DNA from: Myxococcales bacterium
Lineage (GTDB): Bacteria; Myxococcota; UBA727; VGSZ01
Assembly: GCA_023248635.1 (NCBI GenBank)
Contig: JAHFED010000010.1
Span: forward strand, 13,275 to 77,274
Length of the DNA stretch: 64,000 nt
Direction of reading: 5' to 3'
Within the stretch, counting starts at the first letter, position 1. Every line of letters begins with the position of its first letter. This document shows positions 35,881-46,387 of the stretch, piece after piece. A model generated the notes under the pieces. That model was given only the letters and a program-made list of their open reading frames with translations. It was not told where the DNA came from and did no database searches. The translations under genes were made by a program, and so were the position numbers.

Positions 35881-36930
35881 ATGTCTTTTCGTCACTTCTT
35901 GTGGTGCGTGCTCGTCGTCGGGATCGTCCCTGCCTGTGCGGAGTTGCAGGGCGTCCTGAAGATCGCGCCCACCGCCGACCAAGGAAAATGGGATCAAGCA
36001 GAGCAGGCCAAGGACTACCGCTACCGCTACGACGTCTGCATCGGGAAGTTGAGGCCGCCGGAGCACTGGAATCAAATCGCGGCCTGCGTGGAGCCCATCG
36101 AGTGGGCGCGGGACGCCGGCGACCTCGCCTTCGTGGACACGGCCTGCAACGAGGTGCGCGCGGCCGCCAAGAACCGCGTCGGTCTCGGCAACGATCCCCG
36201 CGCCAGCTCGAACGACTTCGTCGGGCAGCCCCCCCCCGACCCCGAGCAGACCCTGGCCTGTCGGACGGCCAAGGGCGCTGGGAGCGTCGCCGCCCTCGTG
36301 GCTGACTCCTGCGACGGGATCGGCGACAAGATCTGGGCTGAGGTGGGGCTCGACAAGCCGATGACCGATCGCAACATCAACTTGCTCGCCAAGAAGCTCC
36401 TCGACTGCGGCGACTGGGGGACACTGTTTAACAAGCTGGCCTCTCGTCGATCAATGGATCAAATAGATCGCAGCTCTCAAGGATACAGGGTGCTAAAAAC
36501 ACTCTCGGACGCTGGTGCCGATGTGAAAGGCGGGTTTGCCACCTACTTGAAGACACCGGCGCCGGCGTTTGATCGCAACCTTGGCTTTTGGCTGGTGGAC
36601 ATCAAGGCGAACGATCTCTGCGCCCCCGTGGCAAGGGCGCTCGAGCCAGCCGACAAGAGCACGAAGGCACTGATGCTTCATTACTTCTCGGCCATGGGGT
36701 GCCCGGAAGGCGCGGCCCTGGGCCTCGCGGTCCTCAGCGCTGGGGACCCATTGAATCGCCAGATCGGTTGCTGGAGTCTGTCTACGCTCGGCACCAAGCA
36801 CGAGCTTCCCAATGTGAAAACGGTAGCGAGCTCAGACCCCTATTATATCACGCAAAATGGTGCGGTTGTGTATCCGGTTCGCATCGAGTGTGAGGGTGCG
36901 GCGGGGCAGATTCAGCTGCGCGGCAAGTAG
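35881..36930 (+). CDS. Hypothetical lipoprotein whose 3' half has atypical composition.
   Basis: Lipobox VVGIVPAC|AE. The last ~500 bp (about 36400..36900) is visibly AT-richer, with many A/T-ending codons (caaatagat, ctaaaaaca, ccctattatatcacgcaaaat). Confidence 0.6.
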   Translation: MSFRHFLWCVLVVGIVPACAELQGVLKIAPTADQGKWDQAEQAKDYRYRYDVCIGKLRPPEHWNQIAACVEPIEWARDAGDLAFVDTACNEVRAAAKNRVGLGNDPRASSNDFVGQPPPDPEQTLACRTAKGAGSVAALVADSCDGIGDKIWAEVGLDKPMTDRNINLLAKKLLDCGDWGTLFNKLASRRSMDQIDRSSQGYRVLKTLSDAGADVKGGFATYLKTPAPAFDRNLGFWLVDIKANDLCAPVARALEPADKSTKALMLHYFSAMGCPEGAALGLAVLSAGDPLNRQIGCWSLSTLGTKHELPNVKTVASSDPYYITQNGAVVYPVRIECEGAAGQIQLRGK

Positions 36931-36986
36931 CTTCGTCGTCGATTCGCGATCGACCCCGCTGCCCAGCGCCGGGGTATGCTGGACCG

Positions 36987-38012
36987 ATGCGCCTCGTGCT
37001 CGTCGTCGCAGCCCTCTTTGTCCTGCCTGCGCTCGCGTTCCAAAAAGGCGACGTGTGCGCGCTGAAGGCTCCCCTGCTCGTCACGATCAGCCGCGCGGAG
37101 GGCACGGTCGAAACCACCCTCGACACCGGCACCGACGTCGAGGTGGTCGTCGTCGGCGACGAGGGACGCTCACGCATCGACACCGGCGATGCCAAGGGCG
37201 CCGTCTCCACCCTCGATCTCGAAGCGGCCTGCGCCGGCACCCTGCAACTGTGCCGATTGGCAACGCCACTGACCCTCTTTGAAAGCAACCGCTCCGACAG
37301 CCGCAGCTGGAGGATCAAAGAGGGCGCTTCCATCAGCGTGCTGCGGACCGGCAAGGTCTGGGCCCATGTGCGCTTCGACGATCTGGTGGGCTTCGCCAAA
37401 GCCGATGAGCTCCTGCCCAACTGCACCCTGATGAGCGGCAAGAAGGGCAGCATCCGCGAGACCGAAGAGAGCGCCATCGAAGACGTCGACCGCGGCGAAG
37501 GGCCAGGGGTGTTGCTGCTGCCTCTGCTCGTCGAGGACGGGGCGCCCGCGGGCACCGCCGATGTGTTGCTGGAGTCGTTTTACGACCGGCTGGCCTACTA
37601 CCGCCCCGACGCCGGCCGTCTCCCGCTCGAGGGTGCGCGAGAGCTCGTCTGGAAAAAGCATGTGCAAGACAGCGCGGCCCGCGCCCTCAAGGCCGGCCTC
37701 GCCTACGTCGTCGTCGGCAAGCTCGGGATCGAAGAAGGCGCGAAGCCGGGTTTTCTGCTGAGCATGATGCTCATCGAGACGGCAACGGGAACGACGCTGA
37801 AGGCCGTGCGGGCGCGTCCGACGCTCAACCCCAAAGACACCTGGGCGGAGTCCACCGTCAAAGCCCTGCTGCCCTTTCTGAGGACGGCCCCAGGCGTGCG
37901 CCAACCCCAGGTGCCGAAGCTGCCGCCAGCCAAGGGAGCGCGGGGGACCATGGTGGAGCGCCCCAGCGAAGACGTCGTCTTGGCCTCTGTCGCCATCAGT
38001 CCGGCCGAGTAG
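36987..38012 (+). CDS. Secreted hypothetical protein (signal peptide).
   Basis: Signal peptide MRLVLVVAALFVLPALA|FQ, good codon bias, 341 aa, no recognised domain. Confidence 0.6.
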   Translation: MRLVLVVAALFVLPALAFQKGDVCALKAPLLVTISRAEGTVETTLDTGTDVEVVVVGDEGRSRIDTGDAKGAVSTLDLEAACAGTLQLCRLATPLTLFESNRSDSRSWRIKEGASISVLRTGKVWAHVRFDDLVGFAKADELLPNCTLMSGKKGSIRETEESAIEDVDRGEGPGVLLLPLLVEDGAPAGTADVLLESFYDRLAYYRPDAGRLPLEGARELVWKKHVQDSAARALKAGLAYVVVGKLGIEEGAKPGFLLSMMLIETATGTTLKAVRARPTLNPKDTWAESTVKALLPFLRTAPGVRQPQVPKLPPAKGARGTMVERPSEDVVLASVAISPAE

Positions 38013-40757
38013 GTGACGCGCGTCGGTTTGCGGACCTTCTCACCGGTCAGTGCCCGTCTGCTCGAGGCCTCGCCGGGCTTGGCGCGCTTCCTCGATCGGG
38101 TGCCGGCGGTGAAGGGCCTCGCACGGGTCCCGGAGGCCGCTGCACGTCGCTGCCTCCGGCTCACGCGTAAGCGCGTGCTCGTGCACACCGCCTGGCAGGA
38201 GCTGCAGGGCGCGTCTCCGCTCGTGACCGCCACCTTGTGGTCCGACGTCGCCGACGCCTGCATCGCGCTCGCCGATCGCGCCGCCGTCGCCCACACCGCC
38301 CGCAAGCTCGGGCTCATCGCACCCGCTCGGTCCGTGCTCGCCCTGGGCAAGTTGGGCAGCCGCGAGCTCAACCCCTCCTCCGACGTCGACCTCGTCTGCG
38401 TCTACGGCTCCGACGACGCCGCCTCCGATCGCGGCATCTCGGCCCACGAGTGGTTCACCGCCTGGGCCCAGCGCCTGCGGGCCATCTTGGCCGACGTCGA
38501 CGATGACGGCTTCTGCTTTCGCGTGGACTTCGATCTGCGTCCCGAGGGGACCCAGGGGCCCCTGGTCAACAGCGTCGACGCCGTCGAAAGCTATTACGAG
38601 CGCTTTGGCCGCACCTGGGAGCGGGCTGCCCTGCTGCGGCTGCGACCCGTGGTCGACGTCGACGGCGCGGGCTCGATGCTGGTGAAGCGACTCTCGCCTT
38701 TCGTGTTCAACAAGAGCCCCGATGCCCGCGTCGTTGATGAGCTCTTCGCCATGAAATCGCAGGTGACGCAGGCCGCTTCCACGCGGAACCTCGTCGACGG
38801 ACCGGCAGCTTGGGACGTCAAGCGCGGCGTCGGCGGCATACGCGAGGTCGAATTCGTCGCCCAGTCGCTCCAACTTTTGCACGGCGGCCGTCTCAAGGGC
38901 CTGCAGGGACCCAAAGACACCGCGTCGACGTTGCTGACTTTGGGCGAGCTCGGCCTGCTGCCGCACACGACGACGAAGAAGCTGCTGGCTGCCTACGAGC
39001 TCTTGCGTCGCGTCGAGCATGGCCTGCAGCTGGGTGAAGATCGACAGACCCAGCTCTTGCCCGCAGGCGGTCCAGAACGGGAGCGCGTCGCCGTCGTGTG
39101 CGCCCGCGCGCTGCACCGACCGGGTCGCCCGGTCCGCTTCGACGAGGCCCTGGCTGCAGCCCAGCAGGATGTGCACGACGCCTTCGTCAGGCATCTCGGC
39201 GAGGAGCGCGCGCAGGCCCCCGTCGCCGTGCGGGCGGCCCTCGATCCCACCGCCGGCGACGGCGTGCGCTGCGCGGCCCTTGCGGAGCTTGGCTTTCCCG
39301 ATGGCCTGCGCAGCCTCGAGCTGCTGCGCTCGGTGGAGCGACGCCGCGGTTCGATGCTGGCGCCGTCGACGTTGCGCGACCTGCCCGCCCGCCTCTTTGT
39401 GGAGCGCCTCCTCGAGCAGCTCGGGCACAGCGTCGATGCCCAGACGGCGCTCGAGCGCCTGCCCGACATCTTCGGCAGCCGCCTGCACCCCGCGGTGCTC
39501 GCCCATCTCGACAGCCGGGCGGTCACCGTGATTGCGCGCGTGATGGCGTTGTCGGCGCCGCTGTCGCGCTCGTTGGCCCGCTTGGCCCGGCGGGGGGGCG
39601 TCGACGACGCTCTGCTCTTTGGCCTGGACGCGCGGCGTCCCTCGCTCCCCGGGCTGGATCAGCTGCTGGCCAGCACCCACGTCGACGACGACGAAGACCG
39701 CTTGGCCTTCTTTGCTCGCACGCAGCAGGAGCTGGTGTTTGGCGCCGCCCTGCCTTTCTTGGCGGGCCGCATCGGGGTTGCCGATGTCCAACACCGTCTC
39801 GCGGTGCTCGCCGACGCGCTGCTCAGAGCGGCCGTCGACGTCGCAGCTGCCCGACTGCGCCGTCGGCATGGGAGCGTGCCTGGGCTGCGTTTCTCGGTGT
39901 GCGCGCTGGGATCGCTGGGCGGGCGGGAGCTCGGCTTCTTTCGTGATCTCGACCTGGCCTTCATCTACGACGCCGCCGCCGACGACGACGCCAGCGACGG
40001 GGTCCGATCGATCCCCGCCAGCGAGTGGGCCGTGCGCATGGCCCAGCAGGTGGTGTGGGTGCTCACCACGCCCACCGACGGCGCGGCGCTCTATCCCGTC
40101 GACACGCGGCTGCGCCCCAGCGGCAACCAGGGAGCGTTGACGACGTCGTTGCGCCGCTTCGCCGCCTATCACGAGCAAGAGAGCGCGCTGTGGGAGCGCC
40201 AGAGCTTGCTGCGACTGCGCCCCGTGGCCGGCGACCGCGATCTCGGCCGTCGGGTCGTCGACGTCGTCCACACCGCGCTGTCGCGGGCGGCGCCGCCAGG
40301 ATTGGGTCTGCGCCTGCTCGACATGCGCGCCCGCATGGTGGAGGAGCGCGCCGCCAAGGATGGTCTCGACATCAAGCTCGGTGAAGGGGGCGCCGCCGAC
40401 GTCGAATTCGCCGTGCAAGGGGCCCAGCTCGACGCAGCCGCCCGCGATCCGGCCGTGCTGCTGACCTCCACGCGACGAGCCCTCGCCCGCTTGTCCCGAC
40501 GGGGACACCTGCGCCCGGTCGAAGCGCTCGCGCTGCGTACGGCCTTCGACCTGCTGCACACCACCCGTGAAGCCCTCACCCTCGTCGACGACGTCCGCGG
40601 GCGCGCCGTCACCCGATCAGACGCGCGCCTGGACAAGCTCGCCCGCAGCGGGGCCCTCAGCGGCGTCGAGGATGGCGACGCGGCCTGGCACCGGCTGGTC
40701 GAGGCCATGGCCATCGTGCGCGACCTCAGCGGCCGGATCCTGATGCGGCTCGCTTGA
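38013..40757 (+). CDS. glnE: Bifunctional glutamine synthetase adenylyltransferase/adenylyl-removing enzyme (GlnE).
   Basis: Two nucleotidyltransferase cores (GKLGSRELNPSSDVDLVCVY and LGSLGGRELGFFRDLDLAFIYD) with GlnE-type linker domains; 914 aa; GTG start. Confidence 0.9.
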   Translation: MTRVGLRTFSPVSARLLEASPGLARFLDRVPAVKGLARVPEAAARRCLRLTRKRVLVHTAWQELQGASPLVTATLWSDVADACIALADRAAVAHTARKLGLIAPARSVLALGKLGSRELNPSSDVDLVCVYGSDDAASDRGISAHEWFTAWAQRLRAILADVDDDGFCFRVDFDLRPEGTQGPLVNSVDAVESYYERFGRTWERAALLRLRPVVDVDGAGSMLVKRLSPFVFNKSPDARVVDELFAMKSQVTQAASTRNLVDGPAAWDVKRGVGGIREVEFVAQSLQLLHGGRLKGLQGPKDTASTLLTLGELGLLPHTTTKKLLAAYELLRRVEHGLQLGEDRQTQLLPAGGPERERVAVVCARALHRPGRPVRFDEALAAAQQDVHDAFVRHLGEERAQAPVAVRAALDPTAGDGVRCAALAELGFPDGLRSLELLRSVERRRGSMLAPSTLRDLPARLFVERLLEQLGHSVDAQTALERLPDIFGSRLHPAVLAHLDSRAVTVIARVMALSAPLSRSLARLARRGGVDDALLFGLDARRPSLPGLDQLLASTHVDDDEDRLAFFARTQQELVFGAALPFLAGRIGVADVQHRLAVLADALLRAAVDVAAARLRRRHGSVPGLRFSVCALGSLGGRELGFFRDLDLAFIYDAAADDDASDGVRSIPASEWAVRMAQQVVWVLTTPTDGAALYPVDTRLRPSGNQGALTTSLRRFAAYHEQESALWERQSLLRLRPVAGDRDLGRRVVDVVHTALSRAAPPGLGLRLLDMRARMVEERAAKDGLDIKLGEGGAADVEFAVQGAQLDAAARDPAVLLTSTRRALARLSRRGHLRPVEALALRTAFDLLHTTREALTLVDDVRGRAVTRSDARLDKLARSGALSGVEDGDAAWHRLVEAMAIVRDLSGRILMRLA

Positions 40758-40835
40758 GCAGCAAGCGCGGGACCGTTGACGTCGTCATGTGCGGGTGCGA
40801 CGAGCCCCTTCCCCTCCCAAAAGAAGAACAAGCCG

Positions 40836-42989
40836 ATGTCTGACACCCCCGAGCAGAACGACACCCCCTCCACCCCCGAGACGCCCGAAGGCAGCGAGGC
40901 CGTGGCGTCGTCGTCGTCGGCCCCGGCAGCTTCGTCGGCGGGCGCGGTGGATACCGGTCGGCGCATCGATCCTGCTCTGCTGACGCGTGGCCAGGGCCCC
41001 ATGAAAACGGGCAACCAACGCCCCCTGCGCCGCGGTCGCGAAGCCCCGCCCGAGTCGGCCATTCGCGCTCCCGAAGGCGTCGACGTCACCAGCGGAGCCG
41101 TTCGCGTCGTCGAGCCGGCCGCGGCCTTTGCGCGCGGTCGCCCCGATGCCCGCGATCGAAACCAAGAGCGCGGCCCCGTCGTCGACGCCGCCACCATCGC
41201 CGAACGCGCGGCCCGTAATGAGCCCGCGCCCCGCAACGATGGTGATCGTCCCCGCGGACCCCGCGGCGACGGTCCTCCCCGCGGCGACGGACCACCCCGT
41301 GGTGATGGACCGCCCCGTGGCGATCGCGGCGATCGCTCGGCCCGGCCTCAGGGTCGCGACGGCAAGAAACCCCGCCCCGGTGATCGCAAGGTCGAGCGCG
41401 GCCCCCCGCAGCCCCGCGGCCCCGACTACTCCGACGTCGCCCCCATCGTGGTGCAACACGACGACGACGTCGGCGATTTCGCGGCCATGCTCGCCGCCGA
41501 GGGTGCCGTGCAACGACGCGATGTGCGCATCGGTGACAAGGTGCACGCCCTCTGTGTGCACGTCGGCAGTGACGCCGTGTTCTTCGAGCTGAGCAAGACC
41601 CAGCAGGCCCACGCCGCCCGCGCCGAATTCCTCGACGAGAAAAGCGGTGAGATGACCATCCGCGTCGGCGACGGCATCGACCTCTTCGTCGTCGCCTTCA
41701 AAGATGGGGTGCTGCTCTCGCCCAAGATTGGCCGCGATCAGATCGACGTCGGCATGCTCGAGCAGGCGCGCATCTCGTGCATCCCCATCGACGGCACCGT
41801 CACCGGCGTGAACAAGGGCGGATTCGAGATCTCCATCTCCGGAAATTCACGCGGCTTTTGCCCCCTGGGCCAGATCGACATTCACTTCGTCGACGACCCG
41901 CAAACCTTGATTGGCAAGACCCTCGCCTTCCTCGTGAAAGAGGTGAAAGAGGGCGGCAAGAACGTCGTGCTCTCGCGCCGCGCCCTGCTCGAGAAAGAGC
42001 GCGCCGAGAAGGCCTCTAAGCTGCGTGAGACCCTCGCCGTCGGCCTGGTCCTCGACGGCGTCGTCACCCGCATCCAGCCCTTCGGCGCCTTCGTCGACCT
42101 CGGCGGCATCGACGGCTTGGTTCCCGTCTCCGAGCTGGCCTACGGCCGCGTCACCGACCCCAACGAGATCGTCAAGGTCGGCGAGATGGTCAAGGTCGAG
42201 ATCACCCGCATCGAAGACGACCCCCATCCCAAGCGCCAGGGCCAGCTGCGCATCGGCTTGTCGATGAAGGCCATGCAACAGGACCCCTTGGTCGAGCGCA
42301 TGAACGAGCTCTCCCCCGGCGCCCAGTTCGTCGGCCGCGTGATGCGGCTCGAGCCCTTCGGCGCCTTCGTCGAAGTGTTCCCCGGCGTCGAAGGCCTGGT
42401 GCACGTGTCTGAGATCAGCGATCGACGCATTCGCCATCCCGAAGATGTGCTGAAGGTCGACGAGCACGTGCAGGTGCGCGTCAAAGACGTCGACCTCGCC
42501 CGCCGCCGCGTCAGCCTCTCCATGCGCGAGGCCCACAGTGACGAAGGTGGTGGGCACGAGCCCGTGGTGCAGACCTTCCCCGACCGCGATGAGCGCCAGC
42601 AGCAGGCTTCGTCGAAGCCGAAGCTCGGACGTGGCACCCGCGTCGTCGGCGTCGTCGACCGCATCGAGCGCTATGGGGTGTTCATCAACTGCTACCCCGA
42701 GGGCAGCGATCCCGGCAGCGCCGAGAAGCTCGGCACCGCGTTGATGCCGGCCTCAGAGACCGGCACGCCCCGCGGTGCTGACCTCGCCAAGGCCTTTCCC
42801 ATCGGCAGCCAGGTGAGCGCCCTCATCATCGACGTCGACGAGCGCGGGCGCCTGAAGGCCTCAAAGACCGCACGCGAGCAGGCCGAAGAGCGCGCCCTCG
42901 TCGACGAATACAAGAAAGACAAAGGCCAGGTCGGCGCCGGCCTCGGCACCTTCGGCGATCTGTTGAAGCAGAAGCTCAACTCGAAGTGA
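40836..42989 (+). CDS. S1 RNA-binding domain protein (ribosomal protein S1-like, four S1 repeats) with an Arg/Gly/Asp/Pro-rich disordered N-terminus.
   Basis: Repeated S1 folds (GxVxG...GFGAFV...GLVHVSE). N-terminal RGDGPPRGDGPPRGDGPPRGD repeat. Start at MSDTPEQ. Confidence 0.85.
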   Translation: MSDTPEQNDTPSTPETPEGSEAVASSSSAPAASSAGAVDTGRRIDPALLTRGQGPMKTGNQRPLRRGREAPPESAIRAPEGVDVTSGAVRVVEPAAAFARGRPDARDRNQERGPVVDAATIAERAARNEPAPRNDGDRPRGPRGDGPPRGDGPPRGDGPPRGDRGDRSARPQGRDGKKPRPGDRKVERGPPQPRGPDYSDVAPIVVQHDDDVGDFAAMLAAEGAVQRRDVRIGDKVHALCVHVGSDAVFFELSKTQQAHAARAEFLDEKSGEMTIRVGDGIDLFVVAFKDGVLLSPKIGRDQIDVGMLEQARISCIPIDGTVTGVNKGGFEISISGNSRGFCPLGQIDIHFVDDPQTLIGKTLAFLVKEVKEGGKNVVLSRRALLEKERAEKASKLRETLAVGLVLDGVVTRIQPFGAFVDLGGIDGLVPVSELAYGRVTDPNEIVKVGEMVKVEITRIEDDPHPKRQGQLRIGLSMKAMQQDPLVERMNELSPGAQFVGRVMRLEPFGAFVEVFPGVEGLVHVSEISDRRIRHPEDVLKVDEHVQVRVKDVDLARRRVSLSMREAHSDEGGGHEPVVQTFPDRDERQQQASSKPKLGRGTRVVGVVDRIERYGVFINCYPEGSDPGSAEKLGTALMPASETGTPRGADLAKAFPIGSQVSALIIDVDERGRLKASKTAREQAEERALVDEYKKDKGQVGAGLGTFGDLLKQKLNSK

Positions 42990-42993
42990 CGCG

Positions 42994-43392
42994 GTGAAGG
43001 CCGTGCGCAACCCAGCGGATCGTGCCGCCGCCCACGCGTTGGCGCAGGTCGACGAGACGGCGGCGACCCAGCTGCGCGCACTCGCCGCCCTGCAAAGCGT
43101 CGTCGACGGCGCCGACGACGACGGCCTGGTCCGCGCTTTGGTGGCGCGCTTCCGGGAGGAGAGGTTGGCGGCCTTCGTGCGATCTCATGAGCGGGCTGTG
43201 GGCAACGCGCACGGCGAACTCTGGGGGGCCACGCTCGAGCGTGCCTTCGACGAAGCCATCGCCTTCACCGTCGGCGTCGTCGGCGATGGACCCGAGGCTG
43301 CGGTGCTGCGCGAGCGCAAGGCCAGGGCGCTGTCGACAGGGCGCGCGGTTCGGCCTTTTTTTGCCCGCTTCCTCGAGCACCAAAAGCGCTGA
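42994..43392 (+). CDS. Hypothetical protein (132 aa, GTG start).
   Basis: Good GC3 codon bias. It sits immediately downstream of the S1 gene. Confidence 0.5.
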   Translation: MKAVRNPADRAAAHALAQVDETAATQLRALAALQSVVDGADDDGLVRALVARFREERLAAFVRSHERAVGNAHGELWGATLERAFDEAIAFTVGVVGDGPEAAVLRERKARALSTGRAVRPFFARFLEHQKR

Positions 43393-43552
43393 GGCCCGCG
43401 CGACGTCGACGTCTTGGGGCCCCGTTCGCACGTCGGATCTTGTGCTTCGGGCAAGCGGTTGATGACCGGTCGAAAACGCCCCGGAACAAGACCCGATAAC
43501 GGACCCGAAGGTCATCGCTCCGATGTGCTGATCGGCAAGGCAAGGGGTCTCT

Positions 43553-44242
43553 ATGCGCGCAGCGGGCAGCGTTCGTCAGGTCGAAACACCGGCGCGTCAG
43601 CCGGCGGTCCTCCCCGGGGCTCGGCCTGGATTCCTCGACGCGGGACTGCAGACCGTCGCACCGCAACCCGACGCCGCCGCCGGCTCCCCGCTCGATCGTT
43701 TTCTGGTCAAACGCTTCCGCAGCGCAATGCACGACTACGACCCGAGCACGGTGTCGGCGGCGCCGGGCTACGCCGGTCTGATTGAGGAGTCCATGCACTG
43801 GGCCGACCTCCCCGCGGCGCAGCAGCAGGCCGCCGTGAGCGCGCACTTCGAGGGCCTGTTCGGGCGCCTCGGCTGTCGCGTCGGCGCTTGGTTCGCCGAG
43901 CATTTTCCAGCAGCCAGCGCGCGGCTGTGGACGCTGCTCACGCCCATCGGTCTCCACTTCCTCGTGGGCGACATGGCCAGGACGTCGCCGACGACGGTGG
44001 TGATCAAGGACTGCGCGTTTCGCAAGGCCGCCGGCCCCGATGGCTGCAAGATGTGCGAGCTGCGAACGCCCCCCGCCTTTGCCGACAAGCTGAAGCAGCC
44101 CATGTCGCTGTCACCCGCCTCCGACGGCTCGTGCACGGTCCGGTACGGCGCCGCGGCCCCCCGCCTCCCGCCGCAACTGTGCGCCTCGATGTGGACGCGC
44201 GACGACGCCGCGCCGGCGGCAACGCCCCAGAGCCCGCCCTGA
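43553..44242 (+). CDS. Hypothetical protein with a Cys-containing segment (CAFRKAAGPDGCKMC).
   Basis: Coding-type codon bias; no family recognised; 229 aa. Confidence 0.55.
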   Translation: MRAAGSVRQVETPARQPAVLPGARPGFLDAGLQTVAPQPDAAAGSPLDRFLVKRFRSAMHDYDPSTVSAAPGYAGLIEESMHWADLPAAQQQAAVSAHFEGLFGRLGCRVGAWFAEHFPAASARLWTLLTPIGLHFLVGDMARTSPTTVVIKDCAFRKAAGPDGCKMCELRTPPAFADKLKQPMSLSPASDGSCTVRYGAAAPRLPPQLCASMWTRDDAAPAATPQSPP

Positions 44243-44290
44243 GGCCACGCTTGGCTTGCGCCGACGTCGTGGAATGGCTCAAAACACGGG

Positions 44291-46387
44291 ATGAACGACG
44301 CGCCCAGCGACAATGCCCTGCTCTCCTACGCGCAGGACCCTTCCCTTCACGGCGGACTGCCACCCTTCGCCGCCATCGACGCCGAGCAGGTGGTGCCCGC
44401 CATCGACCAGCTCCTCTCCGATCTCAGGGCGCAGCAACAGGGCCTCGAGAAGCAACTTTCGACGACGACGGCGCCCGCTTATGCCGACGTCGTCGAAGCC
44501 GTGGCCGACATCACCGAGCCCCTGGAGCGGGCCTGGGGCGTCGTCGGCCACCTGATGGGCGTCAACAACAGCCCGGCGTTGCGCGAGGCCCAGCAGCAAG
44601 CGCAGCCCAAGGTCGTCTTGGCGCTGATGGCCCTGGCCCAGTCGCCGGCGCTCTTTGCGGCCCTGAGCAAGGTGAAAGCGTCGTCGTCGTTTGCTTCGTT
44701 GACGGCCACCCGGCAGCGCATCGTCGACAAGAAGCTGCTCGAGGCGCGGCTGGCCGGCGTCGCCTTGCAAGGCCCCGAGAAGGAGCGCTTCAACGCTGTT
44801 GAGCAAGAGCTCTCGGAGCTGGGGACGCGTTTTGCGAACAACGTGCTCGACGCCACCAAGGCGTGGTCCTTGACCCTCGATGACGCTGCCGACGTCGACG
44901 GCCTGCCCGCGAGCTGGAAGGCCATGGCCACGACGTCGGGCGACGCCGAAAAAGGTCCGTGGAAGGTGACTCTGGACATGCCGGGGTTCCAGCCATTTTT
45001 ACGCTATGGAACACGCGCAGACCTGCGGGAAAAAATCTATCGCGCTTATCTCGCGCGCGCCTCCGATCTCGACGGAGGACAACATGACAATCGACCGCTG
45101 ATCGCGCGCATTCTTGAGCTGCGACAGGAGAAAGCCCGATTACTGGGCTTCAGTGGCTTTTCGGCATTGTCGCTGGCGACCAAAATGGCTGCGTCGACGG
45201 CGGCGGTGCACCAGCTGCTCGACGAGCTGCGCACGGTCTCCTTGCCAGTCGCGAAAGAAGAGCTGCGCGAGCTCGAGCAGATCGCGGGACGACCGGTGCG
45301 CCACTGGGACGTCGACTTCTACGCCGAGAAACTGAGGCAGGAGCGCTACGACTACTCCGAAGAGGAGCTGCGCAACTACTTCGCGTTCCCCGCAGTGCTC
45401 GAGGGCTTGTTCGCCCTGGTCAAGCGCCTCTTCGGCATCGACGTCGTCGATGACACTGCCAACGCGGCCCGCTGGCACGACGACGTGCGCTTCTTCCGGG
45501 TGTTGCGCGGCGGGCAACCCATCGCGGCCTTCTTCCTCGATCCCTACGCGCGCCCCGCCGACAAACGGGGAGGGGCCTGGATGGACGACTGCGTGGCTCG
45601 GCGAGCGTCGTCGTCGTCCTCGCGCCTGCCGGTGGCCTATCTGGTGTGCAACATGCCCCCGCCTCCGTCGCCAGGCAAAGCGGCGCTCCTGCCCTTCCGC
45701 GACGTCGAAACCCTCTTTCACGAGTTTGGCCACGGCCTGCAGCACATGCTGACGGCCGTGAACGACGTCGACGCCAGCGGCATCCGGGGGGTCGAGTGGG
45801 ACGCCGTCGAGCTGCCCAGCCAATTCATGGAGAACTGGTGCACCGACGACGCCACGCTCCGCGCCTTCGCCCGTCATACGGACACGGGGGCGCCCTTGCC
45901 GAAGGAGCTGCTCACCAAGCTCAAGGCCAGCAAGACCTTCCGCCAAGCCTCGATGATGATGCGGCAGATCCTGTTCGCCACCGTCGACCTCGCCCTGCAC
46001 GAGCGGCCCTTGGCCGCAGGACAGAGCGCCTTCGACGTGCACCGCGCCATTGCCGTCGACAACGCGGTGCTGCCGGTGCTCGCCGAGGATCGCTTTCTCG
46101 CAGCGTTCAGCCACATCTTCGCCGGCGGCTACGCGGCTGGGTACTACAGTTACAAATGGGCCGAGGTGCTCTCGGCCGACGCCTTCGCCGCCTTCGAAGA
46201 AGCCGGCGTCGACGACGACACCCAGGTTCGCGAGGTCGGTGCGCGCTTCAGGGACACGGTGTTGGCCCTGGGCGGTGGTATGCATCCCCTCGAGGTGTTT
46301 CAACGCTTCCGCGGTCGGCCGCCGTCGACGAAGGCGTTGCTGCGGCATGCTGGCCTCCTCAAGGCTGATGCCGTCTTGCGTCAGTAG
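44291..46387 (+). CDS. M3-family zinc metallopeptidase (oligopeptidase A / peptidyl-dipeptidase Dcp type).
   Basis: HEFGHGLQH zinc motif and a downstream Glu region; 698 aa; typical M3 length. Confidence 0.9.
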   Translation: MNDAPSDNALLSYAQDPSLHGGLPPFAAIDAEQVVPAIDQLLSDLRAQQQGLEKQLSTTTAPAYADVVEAVADITEPLERAWGVVGHLMGVNNSPALREAQQQAQPKVVLALMALAQSPALFAALSKVKASSSFASLTATRQRIVDKKLLEARLAGVALQGPEKERFNAVEQELSELGTRFANNVLDATKAWSLTLDDAADVDGLPASWKAMATTSGDAEKGPWKVTLDMPGFQPFLRYGTRADLREKIYRAYLARASDLDGGQHDNRPLIARILELRQEKARLLGFSGFSALSLATKMAASTAAVHQLLDELRTVSLPVAKEELRELEQIAGRPVRHWDVDFYAEKLRQERYDYSEEELRNYFAFPAVLEGLFALVKRLFGIDVVDDTANAARWHDDVRFFRVLRGGQPIAAFFLDPYARPADKRGGAWMDDCVARRASSSSSRLPVAYLVCNMPPPPSPGKAALLPFRDVETLFHEFGHGLQHMLTAVNDVDASGIRGVEWDAVELPSQFMENWCTDDATLRAFARHTDTGAPLPKELLTKLKASKTFRQASMMMRQILFATVDLALHERPLAAGQSAFDVHRAIAVDNAVLPVLAEDRFLAAFSHIFAGGYAAGYYSYKWAEVLSADAFAAFEEAGVDDDTQVREVGARFRDTVLALGGGMHPLEVFQRFRGRPPSTKALLRHAGLLKADAVLRQ

